DNA from: Verrucomicrobiota bacterium
GTDB taxonomy: Bacteria > Verrucomicrobiota > Verrucomicrobiia > Palsa-1439
Direction of reading: 5' to 3'
Assembly (NCBI GenBank): GCA_016871575.1
Contig: VHCW01000001.1
Coordinates: 35,731 to 99,730 of the forward strand
Length of the DNA: 64,000 nucleotides
This document shows positions 1 to 8,343 of the stretch, piece after piece (position 1 is the first letter of the stretch; each line of letters begins with the position of its first letter). The notes below the pieces were generated by a model. It was given only the letters and a program-made list of their open reading frames with translations. It was not told the DNA's origin and did no database searches. The position numbers were made by a program, and so were the translations under genes.

Positions 1-281
1 AACACGTGCTGGTACAAGAACAGCAAGGCGCTGAACGCTTGGTTCTGAGTTGAGGCGCTGACCCTGCCTTTTACAGCCAGGTGCGTCAGGAACTCGCGCA
101 CGTGTATTGCAGTCAACTCTTGCGGATGGCGTTTCCCGTGGAAGTAAATGTAACGTTTGATCCACTGGACATAAGTCTGTTCGGTGCGCAGGCTGTAATG
201 TTTGAAACGGCAGACCTGCCGAACCTGATCAAGCAATTTTGGCTTGTGAGCTGCCGTTGCGCTCGGTAAACTGCTGTCCAT
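1..281 (-). CDS. intI: Integron-integrase-like tyrosine recombinase, N-terminal part. The gene runs off the window start and its ATG is at 279-281 on the minus strand.
   Basis: Reverse-complement translation of 1..281 reads [93 protein letters not shown]. From memory of IntI1, this matches its N-terminus (..[33 protein letters not shown]....[22 protein letters not shown]). The ORF tool missed it because it is partial; the + strand ORF at 81..269 is its antisense shadow. Confidence 0.72.
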   Translation of the reverse strand, partial: [93 protein letters not shown]

Positions 282-391
282 GAAGCTGGTTCATAACAAA
301 CAAGGCGACCAATGGCCAGCCGAATTAGGCGACCGTCAGTCGCCTTTTTCTACGACCTTAGGTCGTCTAATTATAAGTTCGGTGAAGTAGA

Positions 392-1375
392 ATGAATAGC
401 CCATTGCACATTCTCACATCTGTCATTGTAACGGCACTATTCTGCGGGTGTAATTCGGTTGCTGAATACGGAGGGAAACTTTCGTCTCCGAAAGAAGCTC
501 ATGTGGATTTGTCGGATCAAACTCTGACGAAGTTCGTTGATGGTTCCAGCCAGCTACTGTTTCGATATCTGGCCGGAAATCCCCGCTGGGAGATACGCGA
601 GGAGCGTGGTCTGCGTTACGCAGTTCGCCTTGAGCGTGTTGATGGAGAGTTCGAGACCACGCTCAATGGATTCTACTCGACCTCCAACGGCGGCGCGGTG
701 CGACAGACACGCGTCCTCATCTCGTTTGGCAAGGCGTACGGTTTTGGTCGCGAGCGGGGAAACATTACCCGAACGGAACCAGGTCAGAAGGACGTTTCAC
801 TGATCGTTGAGGGAGACCACGCAGGAACCCCCGGGAACTCGTCTTACACAATCATTGCGGGGGGAAATGTATTTCTTGAAATCTACGATCAAGAACCGGC
901 ACTTACTCGCACGTTTACCCAGACGGCCTTCAATGAAGTGTCCGCAGAATTGCGCGATGTAATTGCGCACCGTGAGTCGATTGAGAAGACCGGTATCCTT
1001 CCCGTACCAGAGCATTACCCAAAGCCCCTCCCACGAAAGAAGTATTTCGAGGTGAAGGATGGCATGCAGCCGGGGATATACTTGATCGCTGCGGCGGTTA
1101 ATCCCACTGAACCCGGATATGCATACATCAAGGCCTTCAATACCAAGACCGGGGAGAGATTGTCTGAGGAGCGGATGACTCCCCGCTCAATTCGTTATTT
1201 GGGTTGGTCGGACGATGGGAAGACATTCTTTCCATACGGATCGGAGGTCACGGTCTATGAAGGCGACTGGAGTTCGACTTACGAAGCTCGTTTTGAGCTT
1301 TGGCATCGATCGGACAAGGGTGCTGAGAAGAAACTCGACGAGACAACCAGATTGATCAACGGATGGCAGCGATGA
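392..1375 (+). CDS. Hypothetical secreted or lipoprotein-like protein. It is the first gene downstream of and divergent from intI, and its GC content is clearly lower than the rest of the window.
   Basis: 327-aa ORF with an N-terminal hydrophobic signal (LTSVIVTALFCGC). No recognisable catalytic motifs. AT-richer codon usage than neighbouring genes. Confidence 0.55.
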   Translation: MNSPLHILTSVIVTALFCGCNSVAEYGGKLSSPKEAHVDLSDQTLTKFVDGSSQLLFRYLAGNPRWEIREERGLRYAVRLERVDGEFETTLNGFYSTSNGGAVRQTRVLISFGKAYGFGRERGNITRTEPGQKDVSLIVEGDHAGTPGNSSYTIIAGGNVFLEIYDQEPALTRTFTQTAFNEVSAELRDVIAHRESIEKTGILPVPEHYPKPLPRKKYFEVKDGMQPGIYLIAAAVNPTEPGYAYIKAFNTKTGERLSEERMTPRSIRYLGWSDDGKTFFPYGSEVTVYEGDWSSTYEARFELWHRSDKGAEKKLDETTRLINGWQR

Positions 1376-1447
1376 ACTCAGAATCACCGAACAAGGCGGT
1401 GCAGGCAACGTCGCTCTGCGCCGTGCCTGACCTTTGAAGTTCGGCGT

Positions 1448-2212
1448 TCACTTCCCAGCCTTGTTGAGATGCTTGTCGAAGAAGCCGAGCACCAACGGAC
1501 GGAGGTCGCGTTGTTTCGGCTGTAAATGAAACGTGTGCGGCGCGCCCTCGATGATGACGAGTTCGTGCGCGACACCGGCTTTCGTGAGCGCGGCGGCGAG
1601 TTCGCGGGAACGCGCGACATCAACAGTTTTGTCGGCAGTGCCGTGCAGGATGAGGAACGGCGGATCATTCTTGTCGAGGTAGCGCAACACCGCTGTCACG
1701 GGAAGTTCGCCTGCGGGCAGTTCGCCGACTTTCATGTAGAGCGGGCCGTACATGTCCACGACGCAACTCACGCTTGACGGGACATCGCCGTAGGGGTCTT
1801 TCGGTTCGAGGCCGTCGCGGGGCTGGGTGACGCCGACCATCGCGGAGAGATGTCCGCCAAGATAGGGATTGTCGAAGTCGCCCTCGCGCGCTTTGAACTC
1901 GTCGAGGCTGACGCACACACCGGCATCGCGGAGTTTTTCCAGTGTCTTCTCGATGCCGCACGCCTTGACGCTGTCGGCGAGGTCGTTGTGCTCGCAACCA
2001 GCCCGAAGCAACAGCTTGCGGTACGGGCTGACCGGGAGATCATAGATCAACTTCTTCGCAAGTGCGATAAAAATTCCGTTCCGGTTCTCCATCCGCCGTC
2101 GGATGTCGGCGACCGCTTGGTCGTGAGTCACTGGCGTCCGAAGGAACCGGCGAAGCCCGCCGGCCAGCCGCGCCAGTTGCCTGATTCGCGCCAATCTCAT
2201 TATGCGGCGCAT
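1448..2212 (-). pseudogene. Chimeric ORF, probably a gene remnant. An N-terminal ~110-aa segment paralogous to the N-terminus of the adjacent adenylating enzyme is fused to the C-terminal Asp/His half of an alpha/beta hydrolase, and the nucleophile region is missing.
   Basis: ORF 1448..2278 (alternative start M23 at 2212). Residues ..SPYRKLLLRAGCEHNDLADSVKACGIEKTLEKLRDAGVCVSLDEFKAREGDFDN align with ..SPYLPLLRRAGCAYEDIADGVRREGLEKFLARLKSAGVWVSFDEFKSAQQDFNN of ORF 2264..3790. The C-terminal part carries the HGTADKTVD and APHTF motifs of the dienelactone-hydrolase/prolyl-oligopeptidase family, but no GxSxG nucleophile elbow was found. Confidence 0.4.
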
Positions 2213-2263
2213 GATTGTTTCCTTGCGTGGCGGGCGCAATGAAATATTCTGCAAACAACACAC

Positions 2264-3790
2264 ATGACGTGGCGACAAGGCACATCCTATTTGCGGTTTC
2301 TGGCAGGGCTGCGGCAGTTCCTGAATTCACCGGTTTCATTTGAACAAGCGCGCGCCGCCCTGGCGCACGCGCTCCAACACCGGGAGGAAAACTTCCTCCA
2401 GATGCTCCAGCAATGTGTTTATGCAAATCCCGCCAGCCCGTACCTGCCGCTTCTGCGTCGGGCAGGCTGCGCCTACGAGGACATCGCCGATGGCGTGCGC
2501 CGCGAGGGGCTGGAGAAGTTTTTGGCGCGCCTGAAAAGCGCGGGCGTCTGGGTGTCGTTCGACGAGTTCAAGTCCGCCCAACAGGATTTCAACAACTACG
2601 CTCTCTCGGCCACCTGTGAGGTTTCGTCCGGCGGCAGTTCGGGTCAAACAGCCCGAAGCCACTTGGACTTGGATTACCTGGAGTTTCGCAGTTACTACGA
2701 TCATTTGTTCTTCCAGATGCTGGATTTGTATCGAGTGCCGATGGGGCTTTGGTATCCCAAACTCCCGGCAGTCACCGGCGTTGGGAACTGTCTTCGTTAC
2801 GCCAAGCTGGGCAAACCAGTGGACCGCTGGTTTTCCCTGCTCGCAACGGATCAGGTCAAATCCGGCCGCGCATTGTCCTTTGCCACCGACCTGATGGTTT
2901 GGGCCAGCCGGTTGTCCCGCCGCCCGTTGCCGATGCCGGAACTGCTCGAAATGGACAAGGTGGACACGGCGCTGGATTGGATACTTCAACAGCGGCAGAA
3001 CACCGGCCGCTGCGCTTTTCAGAGTTATCTCAGCCAGGTAATCCGCATCGCCCAAGCCGCCAAAACTCGCGAAACGGACTTGTCGAGTGTGGTGTTTATC
3101 GTCGGGGCGGAGCCGTTGACAGCAACCAGACATCGCGAGATCGAAGCCGTGGGCGCCCGTGTTTATTCCCGCTATTTTGCCAGCGAAATCGGCAGCATCG
3201 CGCTGGAGTGCGGTTGTCCCTGTGAGATTGGCGACTATCACCTGGTCACTCCCAGTGTCGCCGTTGTCACCGACGGCCCATCGCTTCTGTTCACCTCGCT
3301 CCTGCGTTCCGCGCCCAAAGTCTTGATCAATGTCCAACTGGGCGACAGCGGCATCTTGGAAGACCACGATTGCGGTTGCCTGATCGGCGAACTGGGGCTG
3401 CGCACGCACGTGCGCCAAGTGAGCAGTTTCCGGCGCGCCAAAAGCGAGGGCATGACCGTCCCCCACCGGGACCTCTCGCGCCTGATTGAAGAAGCGCTCG
3501 TTCCCAAGTATGGCGGCTCCTCGCTTGACTATCAGTGGATCGAACGCGAAGATGCGCGCGGTTTGACGCGGCTTTGTCTGCGTGTCCATCCGGACCGCGG
3601 CGCCATCAGCGAAACGGAAATGGTGGAAACCATTCTGGCGTGGTTGCGCCGTGGCGACGCCGGGTTGCCGCTGGCGGCGGAACTGTGGCGGAAAGCGGAC
3701 ACCATCCAGATTGTGAGGGAAAGACCCCAACAGACCGCGTTGGGCAAGACCGTGACCGTTGTTCGAGATGAAACGAAAACAAAACATTGA
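2264..3790 (+). CDS. Adenylate-forming enzyme of the PaaK/F390-synthetase family (phenylacetate-CoA ligase family, CapK-like).
   Basis: 508 aa. It has an SSGGSSGQTA motif resembling the ANL/PaaK phosphate-binding loop and a C-terminal HDCGCLIGELG motif resembling the CxCGR motif of F390-synthetase/PaaK-type enzymes. Its stop overlaps the start of the next gene. Confidence 0.55.
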   Translation: MTWRQGTSYLRFLAGLRQFLNSPVSFEQARAALAHALQHREENFLQMLQQCVYANPASPYLPLLRRAGCAYEDIADGVRREGLEKFLARLKSAGVWVSFDEFKSAQQDFNNYALSATCEVSSGGSSGQTARSHLDLDYLEFRSYYDHLFFQMLDLYRVPMGLWYPKLPAVTGVGNCLRYAKLGKPVDRWFSLLATDQVKSGRALSFATDLMVWASRLSRRPLPMPELLEMDKVDTALDWILQQRQNTGRCAFQSYLSQVIRIAQAAKTRETDLSSVVFIVGAEPLTATRHREIEAVGARVYSRYFASEIGSIALECGCPCEIGDYHLVTPSVAVVTDGPSLLFTSLLRSAPKVLINVQLGDSGILEDHDCGCLIGELGLRTHVRQVSSFRRAKSEGMTVPHRDLSRLIEEALVPKYGGSSLDYQWIEREDARGLTRLCLRVHPDRGAISETEMVETILAWLRRGDAGLPLAAELWRKADTIQIVRERPQQTALGKTVTVVRDETKTKH

Positions 3791-4511
3791 CCCCGATCCG
3801 AGAGTGACCATCCGCGTCATTCACGACTGCAACTTCCATTGCCCGCGCTGCTCCACCTTCAGCGTCCCCGGTCACCCCGCCCGGATGCGGCTTCCCCAAT
3901 TTCGACGCGCCATCAACATCCTTGTCCGGGAAAAGTTCCATGGCGCCCTCACCATCTCCGGCGGCGAACCCACGCTCCATCCGCGCCTGCCCGACATGAT
4001 TCGCTACGCCTCGACGCAACTGCCACAATCCACCCTCATCGTCTTCACCAACGGAAGCTGGGTCGGCGCGAAAAACTGGAAGCGCGCCCTGCGCGGATTG
4101 CTGGGCGGACCGAACGTGGTCATCCACTATTCATTCGACCGCCAGCACGTTGAAGGCGCGTCTCGCGCCGCCGGCGCGGACATGAAAACCGCGCTTTTTG
4201 ACCGGGCGCGGCAATTCGTTCGCGCCACGCCTCCCTCGCGATTTCGGATGGCGTTCAAGGGCGCGTTGCCCGAGGCAAAACAATTTCTCCACCCGCTTGG
4301 CCATGTCCCGATCTACCTCATTCATTTCGAGAAACAACCCGCACGACGACGGAAGAAACCCGGCGTTCTCGCCGTCGAGGTGAGCCGGGACAACCGGATG
4401 GAAGTGTTCCCGACGCTCGGTCACATCCCGCGCGGCGAATCGCTCGGCGGACTGGAAACGCTGGCCGAAGCGCTGCAATGGAACCGGAAGGCTCTTCGCG
4501 ATGCCCGCTGA
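3759..4511 (+). CDS. Radical SAM enzyme, short form without an auxiliary cluster domain.
   Basis: CNFHCPRC (Cx3Cx2C) near the N-terminus, ISGGEPTL, FTNGS. It overlaps the upstream gene by 23-32 nt and the downstream gene by 11 nt, consistent with translational coupling. Confidence 0.75.
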   Translation: MFEMKRKQNIDPDPRVTIRVIHDCNFHCPRCSTFSVPGHPARMRLPQFRRAINILVREKFHGALTISGGEPTLHPRLPDMIRYASTQLPQSTLIVFTNGSWVGAKNWKRALRGLLGGPNVVIHYSFDRQHVEGASRAAGADMKTALFDRARQFVRATPPSRFRMAFKGALPEAKQFLHPLGHVPIYLIHFEKQPARRRKKPGVLAVEVSRDNRMEVFPTLGHIPRGESLGGLETLAEALQWNRKALRDAR

Positions 4512-5418
4512 AAACCTCTCCATTGAACTGAAGATCACCGACCGCTGCAACCAGCAGTGTTTCCACTGCATGAACGATGACCAGCCGTCGGCGGGACGCG
4601 ATCTCGACTGCGAATTGTTCCTCCGCCGGCTGGACGAATGGGCAAGCGGCCGCGCACAGTCCGCCGTCAACTTCACCGAAGTCCGCATGACCGGCGGCGA
4701 ACCGCTGTTGAACTTGCCGGCCGTGACCATCATCGGAGAGCGTTGTCGCCGATTGCAGGTTCCTTGCGGCATCAACACCAACGCGACGTTGCTCGATGAA
4801 CCGGCTCTCGCCCTTCTCCACGCCACCGGACTCTCGACCATCAAAGCCTCCTTCGACAGCCTCGACGAAGATGTCTGGCGCGCGATGCGCGGCTCCGGCC
4901 TTTCGCCGGCAAGGACTGCCGGAGGAATTCGCCGGGCTGTGGCTGCCGGTTTTCATGTCATTGTGCGGTTCACCTTGTGCGCGCACAATCGCAGCCAGTT
5001 GCTCCCCTGTTACCGGGCCGCCCGCGACTGGGGCGTCCACAAGTTCCAAGTCAAACCAATGATCCCCGCCGGTCGCGCCGCCGGCGCCGATTCATTTCTC
5101 GACATCCCCGAACTGCGCCGCGCCATTCAAGAACTCTCCGAAATCGTTTCCGGCCCGGCTGCCGCTCCCGAAATCCTTTGCTGGCCGCCGGACTACGCCG
5201 CCGGACTCGCGGCGCGGCCTTGCGGCAACATGACGAAGATGTACATCGGCACGGATGGAAGCGTGTTCGATTGCAACTACCTCAGCGACCCTCCGTTTGC
5301 CTCGCTGCGCGAGCAGAGCCTCGAAGAAGCCTGCCGCCACCGGCATCGTCGCACCGAAACAACAACCGGCGGGCACTGCGTGCTCGCCGGTTGTCCCGCA
5401 TGGTCGAGTTGTTGGTAA
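4501..5418 (+). CDS. Radical SAM enzyme with a Cys-rich SPASM/twitch-like C-terminal auxiliary domain.
   Basis: CNQQCFHC (Cx3Cx2C), MTGGEPLL, INTNATL. C-terminal Cys-rich stretch: YIGTDGSVFDCNYL....CRH...GGHCVLAGCPAWSSC. Confidence 0.75.
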   Translation: MPAENLSIELKITDRCNQQCFHCMNDDQPSAGRDLDCELFLRRLDEWASGRAQSAVNFTEVRMTGGEPLLNLPAVTIIGERCRRLQVPCGINTNATLLDEPALALLHATGLSTIKASFDSLDEDVWRAMRGSGLSPARTAGGIRRAVAAGFHVIVRFTLCAHNRSQLLPCYRAARDWGVHKFQVKPMIPAGRAAGADSFLDIPELRRAIQELSEIVSGPAAAPEILCWPPDYAAGLAARPCGNMTKMYIGTDGSVFDCNYLSDPPFASLREQSLEEACRHRHRRTETTTGGHCVLAGCPAWSSCW

Positions 5419-5587
5419 GCACTCCGTCAAACTTGAATGGAAGGGGGCGTTTGTAGTACCGCACGCAGTCCCATGTCGTTTCGGGACGGAGTGCGGGCCG
5501 TTTGGATGCGACGGCCTCCCGCAACGCCACTTCGCTTCGCTGCGTGGCTCACTACGAACCGCCCATTGAATATAGTTTGAGGACGGG

Positions 5588-6901
5588 TTACACCAATTTG
5601 TCGCAGCCGGTGCTGATCGGCTCGAAGTGGCCGGGGCCGGGCTTGAGTTTTTCCTGCGGCGGCACAAGGTCCTGCTTGGAGCCGTTCATCAGCCAGTCCC
5701 ACGAAATCGTGCGGCCGGTGTAGGCGGCCGTGCGCAGGCCGACGGCCGTCAACGTGGTCTCGGCAATGCGCTTGCCGTGGTTGATGACCTTGCCGGCGCG
5801 GATGCTCTTGAGCATGTCAATGTGTTCCTGCTCCTGGCCGTTCACGCTTTGGCCCTCGTACTTCCACGGGTTCTCGCCGGTGATGGTGCCGTTGAGGTCG
5901 CTCGCCCCCTTGGTGCCGACGATTTTTTCGCCCATGCGATTGGTTCCGGGGCCGTGCCCGGTGAACGCGGTGCAACGGGCGCCGTTGGCGTATTCCATTT
6001 CGCCAAAGACGTGGTCCCAGATGTTGCCGTTGTATTTCTGCCAGTCGGCGTCGCTGCCGTCGTTGTATTTCTTGCAGACTTCCTTGGCGCTCTCGCTGTA
6101 GTCGCGGCACTGGCGTCCGCCGACGGCCATGAATTTCTTCGGCGGCCCGTCGAAACACCAGTTGAGCATGTCAATGTCGTGGATGGCCTGTTCGACGATC
6201 TGGTCGCCGCTGAGCCAGGTGAAATGATACCAGTTGTGGCATTGCCATTCGAGTTCGCTCATCCCTTCGCTGTCCTTGCGGTACCAGATGCCGCTGCCGA
6301 ACCAGTAACACTGTCCGCCGACGAGTTCGCCCATCTGCCCGGCGTGGATCCGCTTGAGCAACTCCACGCGGCTGAATTCGTGCCGGCGCTGCGTGCCGGC
6401 CACGATGGCCAGTCCTTTCTCCTCGGCGATCTTGGCCGCTTCGATGACCTGACGACAACCAACCACGTCAGTCGCCACCGGTTTCTCGGTGAAGATGTGC
6501 TTGGGCTTCGGCGCTTTGAGCGCGGCGAGCATCTGGCGCCCGCGAAACGCCGGCGCGGTGGCCATGACGAGCAGGTCGCACTCGGTCTGCGCCAGTTTCT
6601 CGTGGCAATCGAAGCCGTGGAAGATGTGGTCGTCCTTGATCTTGACGCGGTCCGCGTACTTCGGGTCCGCCTTCAATTTCTCGCGGCCGGTCATCGCTTT
6701 CTGCTCGAAGAGGTCGGCGCAGGCGATGACTTCGGTGCCGGGATCAGCGATGAGGCATTGGCGGATGGCGCCGTTGCCGCGCCCGCCGCAGCCAAGCCAG
6801 CCGACCTTGATGATGCCGGAGCCGGCGGCGTGAACGCGGTTCATGGCGCCGGTGACCAGGGCGGCGGCGCCGAGTGTTTGGGTGGTGGGTGTCGTTGACA
6901 T
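5588..6901 (-). CDS. Gfo/Idh/MocA family NAD(P)-dependent oxidoreductase with a twin-arginine (TAT) signal peptide.
   Basis: N-terminal signal followed by the Rossmann motif IIKVGWLGCGGRGNGA. An AAGGAG ribosome-binding site lies 7 nt upstream of the ATG at 6901. The + strand ORF 5627..6898 is a GC shadow. Confidence 0.85.
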   Translation of the reverse strand: MSTTPTTQTLGAAALVTGAMNRVHAAGSGIIKVGWLGCGGRGNGAIRQCLIADPGTEVIACADLFEQKAMTGREKLKADPKYADRVKIKDDHIFHGFDCHEKLAQTECDLLVMATAPAFRGRQMLAALKAPKPKHIFTEKPVATDVVGCRQVIEAAKIAEEKGLAIVAGTQRRHEFSRVELLKRIHAGQMGELVGGQCYWFGSGIWYRKDSEGMSELEWQCHNWYHFTWLSGDQIVEQAIHDIDMLNWCFDGPPKKFMAVGGRQCRDYSESAKEVCKKYNDGSDADWQKYNGNIWDHVFGEMEYANGARCTAFTGHGPGTNRMGEKIVGTKGASDLNGTITGENPWKYEGQSVNGQEQEHIDMLKSIRAGKVINHGKRIAETTLTAVGLRTAAYTGRTISWDWLMNGSKQDLVPPQEKLKPGPGHFEPISTGCDKLV

Positions 6902-6913
6902 GGGAAAATCTCC

Positions 6914-8248
6914 TTATTGCTTCTTGCCTTTGCCCTTGCCCTTGCCGCCTTCCTGTTTCTTCTTCGGCGCCTCGGTGATCCAACCGGCCAACTGATATTT
7001 GCCGGGAACGGCAACCGGAGCGACCGGATAGGAATCCTTGAGCTTGAGGCCCGGCGGCGGCAGGAGGTTGAGGTCGCACTTCACGGTGAACCAATTGCGG
7101 GTGAACTGCCGCATCGAGTAGGCGGACTCGCGCGCCATGATCGCGCTGAGCGTGCTCTCGGCCACGGTTTTGCCTTCGTTGAGCGGATTGCCGCTGCGAA
7201 TGCTGGCGATGAGGTCCGTGTGCTCCTGCACGTAGGGATCGGTCGCTTGCCCCTCGAACTTCCACGGTTTCTCGCCGGTGATGGAGGCGTTGCTGTTGTC
7301 CAGATTCGCCACGCCCTTGGTCCCGACGATGCGTTCGCTGACGCGGAAGTCCGCGCCTTGGATTTGACGGCAGGTGCTGAGTGTCCGGACATCGCCCGGA
7401 TAAAAGAACTCCGCGCCAAAGTGATCGTAAATGTTGCCGTACTCCTCGCCCGTGCGGAACTGGCGCCCGCCAACAGCGTGAACGGAGTCAGGCAACGCGT
7501 TGAACGCCCAGTTGACGACATCAATGTTGTGCATGTGCTGCTCGACGATGTGGTCGCCGCTGAGCCACGTGAAATAGAGCCAGTTGCGAAGCTGCCACTC
7601 GACGTCGCTCTGGCCGGGTTCGCGTTTCTTGACCCAGAGGCCGCCTTGGTTCCAGTAGCATTGCGCCGAAACGAGAGTTCCAATGTCGCCGCCGTGGATG
7701 CGTTTCATCGCCTCGATGTAGTGCGCCTGATGGCGGCGCTGCGTGCCGGCCACGACGCCGAGTTTCTTCTCGGCAGCCTGTTGCGAGGTCTCAAGGACCA
7801 TCTTGATGCCGGTCGGGCAGACGGCGACGGGTTTTTCCATGAACACGTGTTTGCCCGCTGCGATGGCAGCCGCGAAATGAAACGGACGAAACCCCGGCGG
7901 CGTGGCGAGGATGACAAGGTTCACGTCAGCCAACGCCAGCACTGCCTTGTAGGCGTCCAGCCCGGTGAAACACCGGTCGTCGGGGACTTCAAATTGTTTC
8001 TTCAACGCGGCCAGCCGGTCGCCGAAGGCGTCGGCCAGCGCGACGATCTTCACGCCATCCGACGACGCCACGCAATTCTTCGCGGCGCCGGTGCCGCGCC
8101 CGCCGCAGCCGATGACGCCCACGCGGATGGTGTCGGTGGATGCCGCCCAGAGGTTGCGTGTGAACGCGCTGTTGAGGGCGAGGCCGCCGGTGAGGACCGC
8201 CGTGTTCCGGAGGAACTGGCGGCGAGTAAGACTGTTTCTATTTGCCAT
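6914..8248 (-). CDS. Gfo/Idh/MocA family oxidoreductase with a TAT signal peptide.
   Basis: MANRNSLTRRQFLRNTAVLTGGLALNSA, then IRVGVIGCGGRGTGAA. Start chosen at the internal ATG (codon at 8246-8248), because the upstream part of the ORF is low-complexity. Confidence 0.85.
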   Translation of the reverse strand: MANRNSLTRRQFLRNTAVLTGGLALNSAFTRNLWAASTDTIRVGVIGCGGRGTGAAKNCVASSDGVKIVALADAFGDRLAALKKQFEVPDDRCFTGLDAYKAVLALADVNLVILATPPGFRPFHFAAAIAAGKHVFMEKPVAVCPTGIKMVLETSQQAAEKKLGVVAGTQRRHQAHYIEAMKRIHGGDIGTLVSAQCYWNQGGLWVKKREPGQSDVEWQLRNWLYFTWLSGDHIVEQHMHNIDVVNWAFNALPDSVHAVGGRQFRTGEEYGNIYDHFGAEFFYPGDVRTLSTCRQIQGADFRVSERIVGTKGVANLDNSNASITGEKPWKFEGQATDPYVQEHTDLIASIRSGNPLNEGKTVAESTLSAIMARESAYSMRQFTRNWFTVKCDLNLLPPPGLKLKDSYPVAPVAVPGKYQLAGWITEAPKKKQEGGKGKGKGKKQ

Positions 8249-8343
8249 GATGTTGTTGCTCCTGCTGGGATGGTGATGCGAAACTTGCGCGGAAGATACC
8301 AAGTCCACCCCGAAACGCAAGCAGATGCTTCTTCTTTGTTGGC

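Noticed and set aside
81-269. 62-aa plus-strand ORF at the left edge.
   Set aside because: It lies entirely antisense to the much better supported integrase-like N-terminus on the minus strand, and it has a GTG start and no motifs.
1376-1447. Searched for an attC (59-be) recombination site after the candidate first cassette, and for an attI core in 282..391.
   Set aside because: Only a short imperfect hairpin (caggca..tgcctg) was found, with no GTTRRRY / RYYYAAC core pair visible by eye. It needs a covariance-model search, so no attC or attI is annotated.
2336-3820. 494-aa antisense ORF opposite the PaaK-like gene. Similar long antisense ORFs: 5627..6898, 6917..8404, 8440..10176, 10833..12209, 12305..15256, 15355..17676, 20998..22731, 38676..40157, 40252..41280, 41264..43141, 43380..44735, 54916..56142, 57406..58200.
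   Set aside because: Their composition is Arg/Ala/Gly/Gln-rich with no motifs, which is typical of stop-codon-poor shadows in high-GC DNA. The opposite strand in each case carries a recognisable domain with a sensible start or ribosome-binding site.
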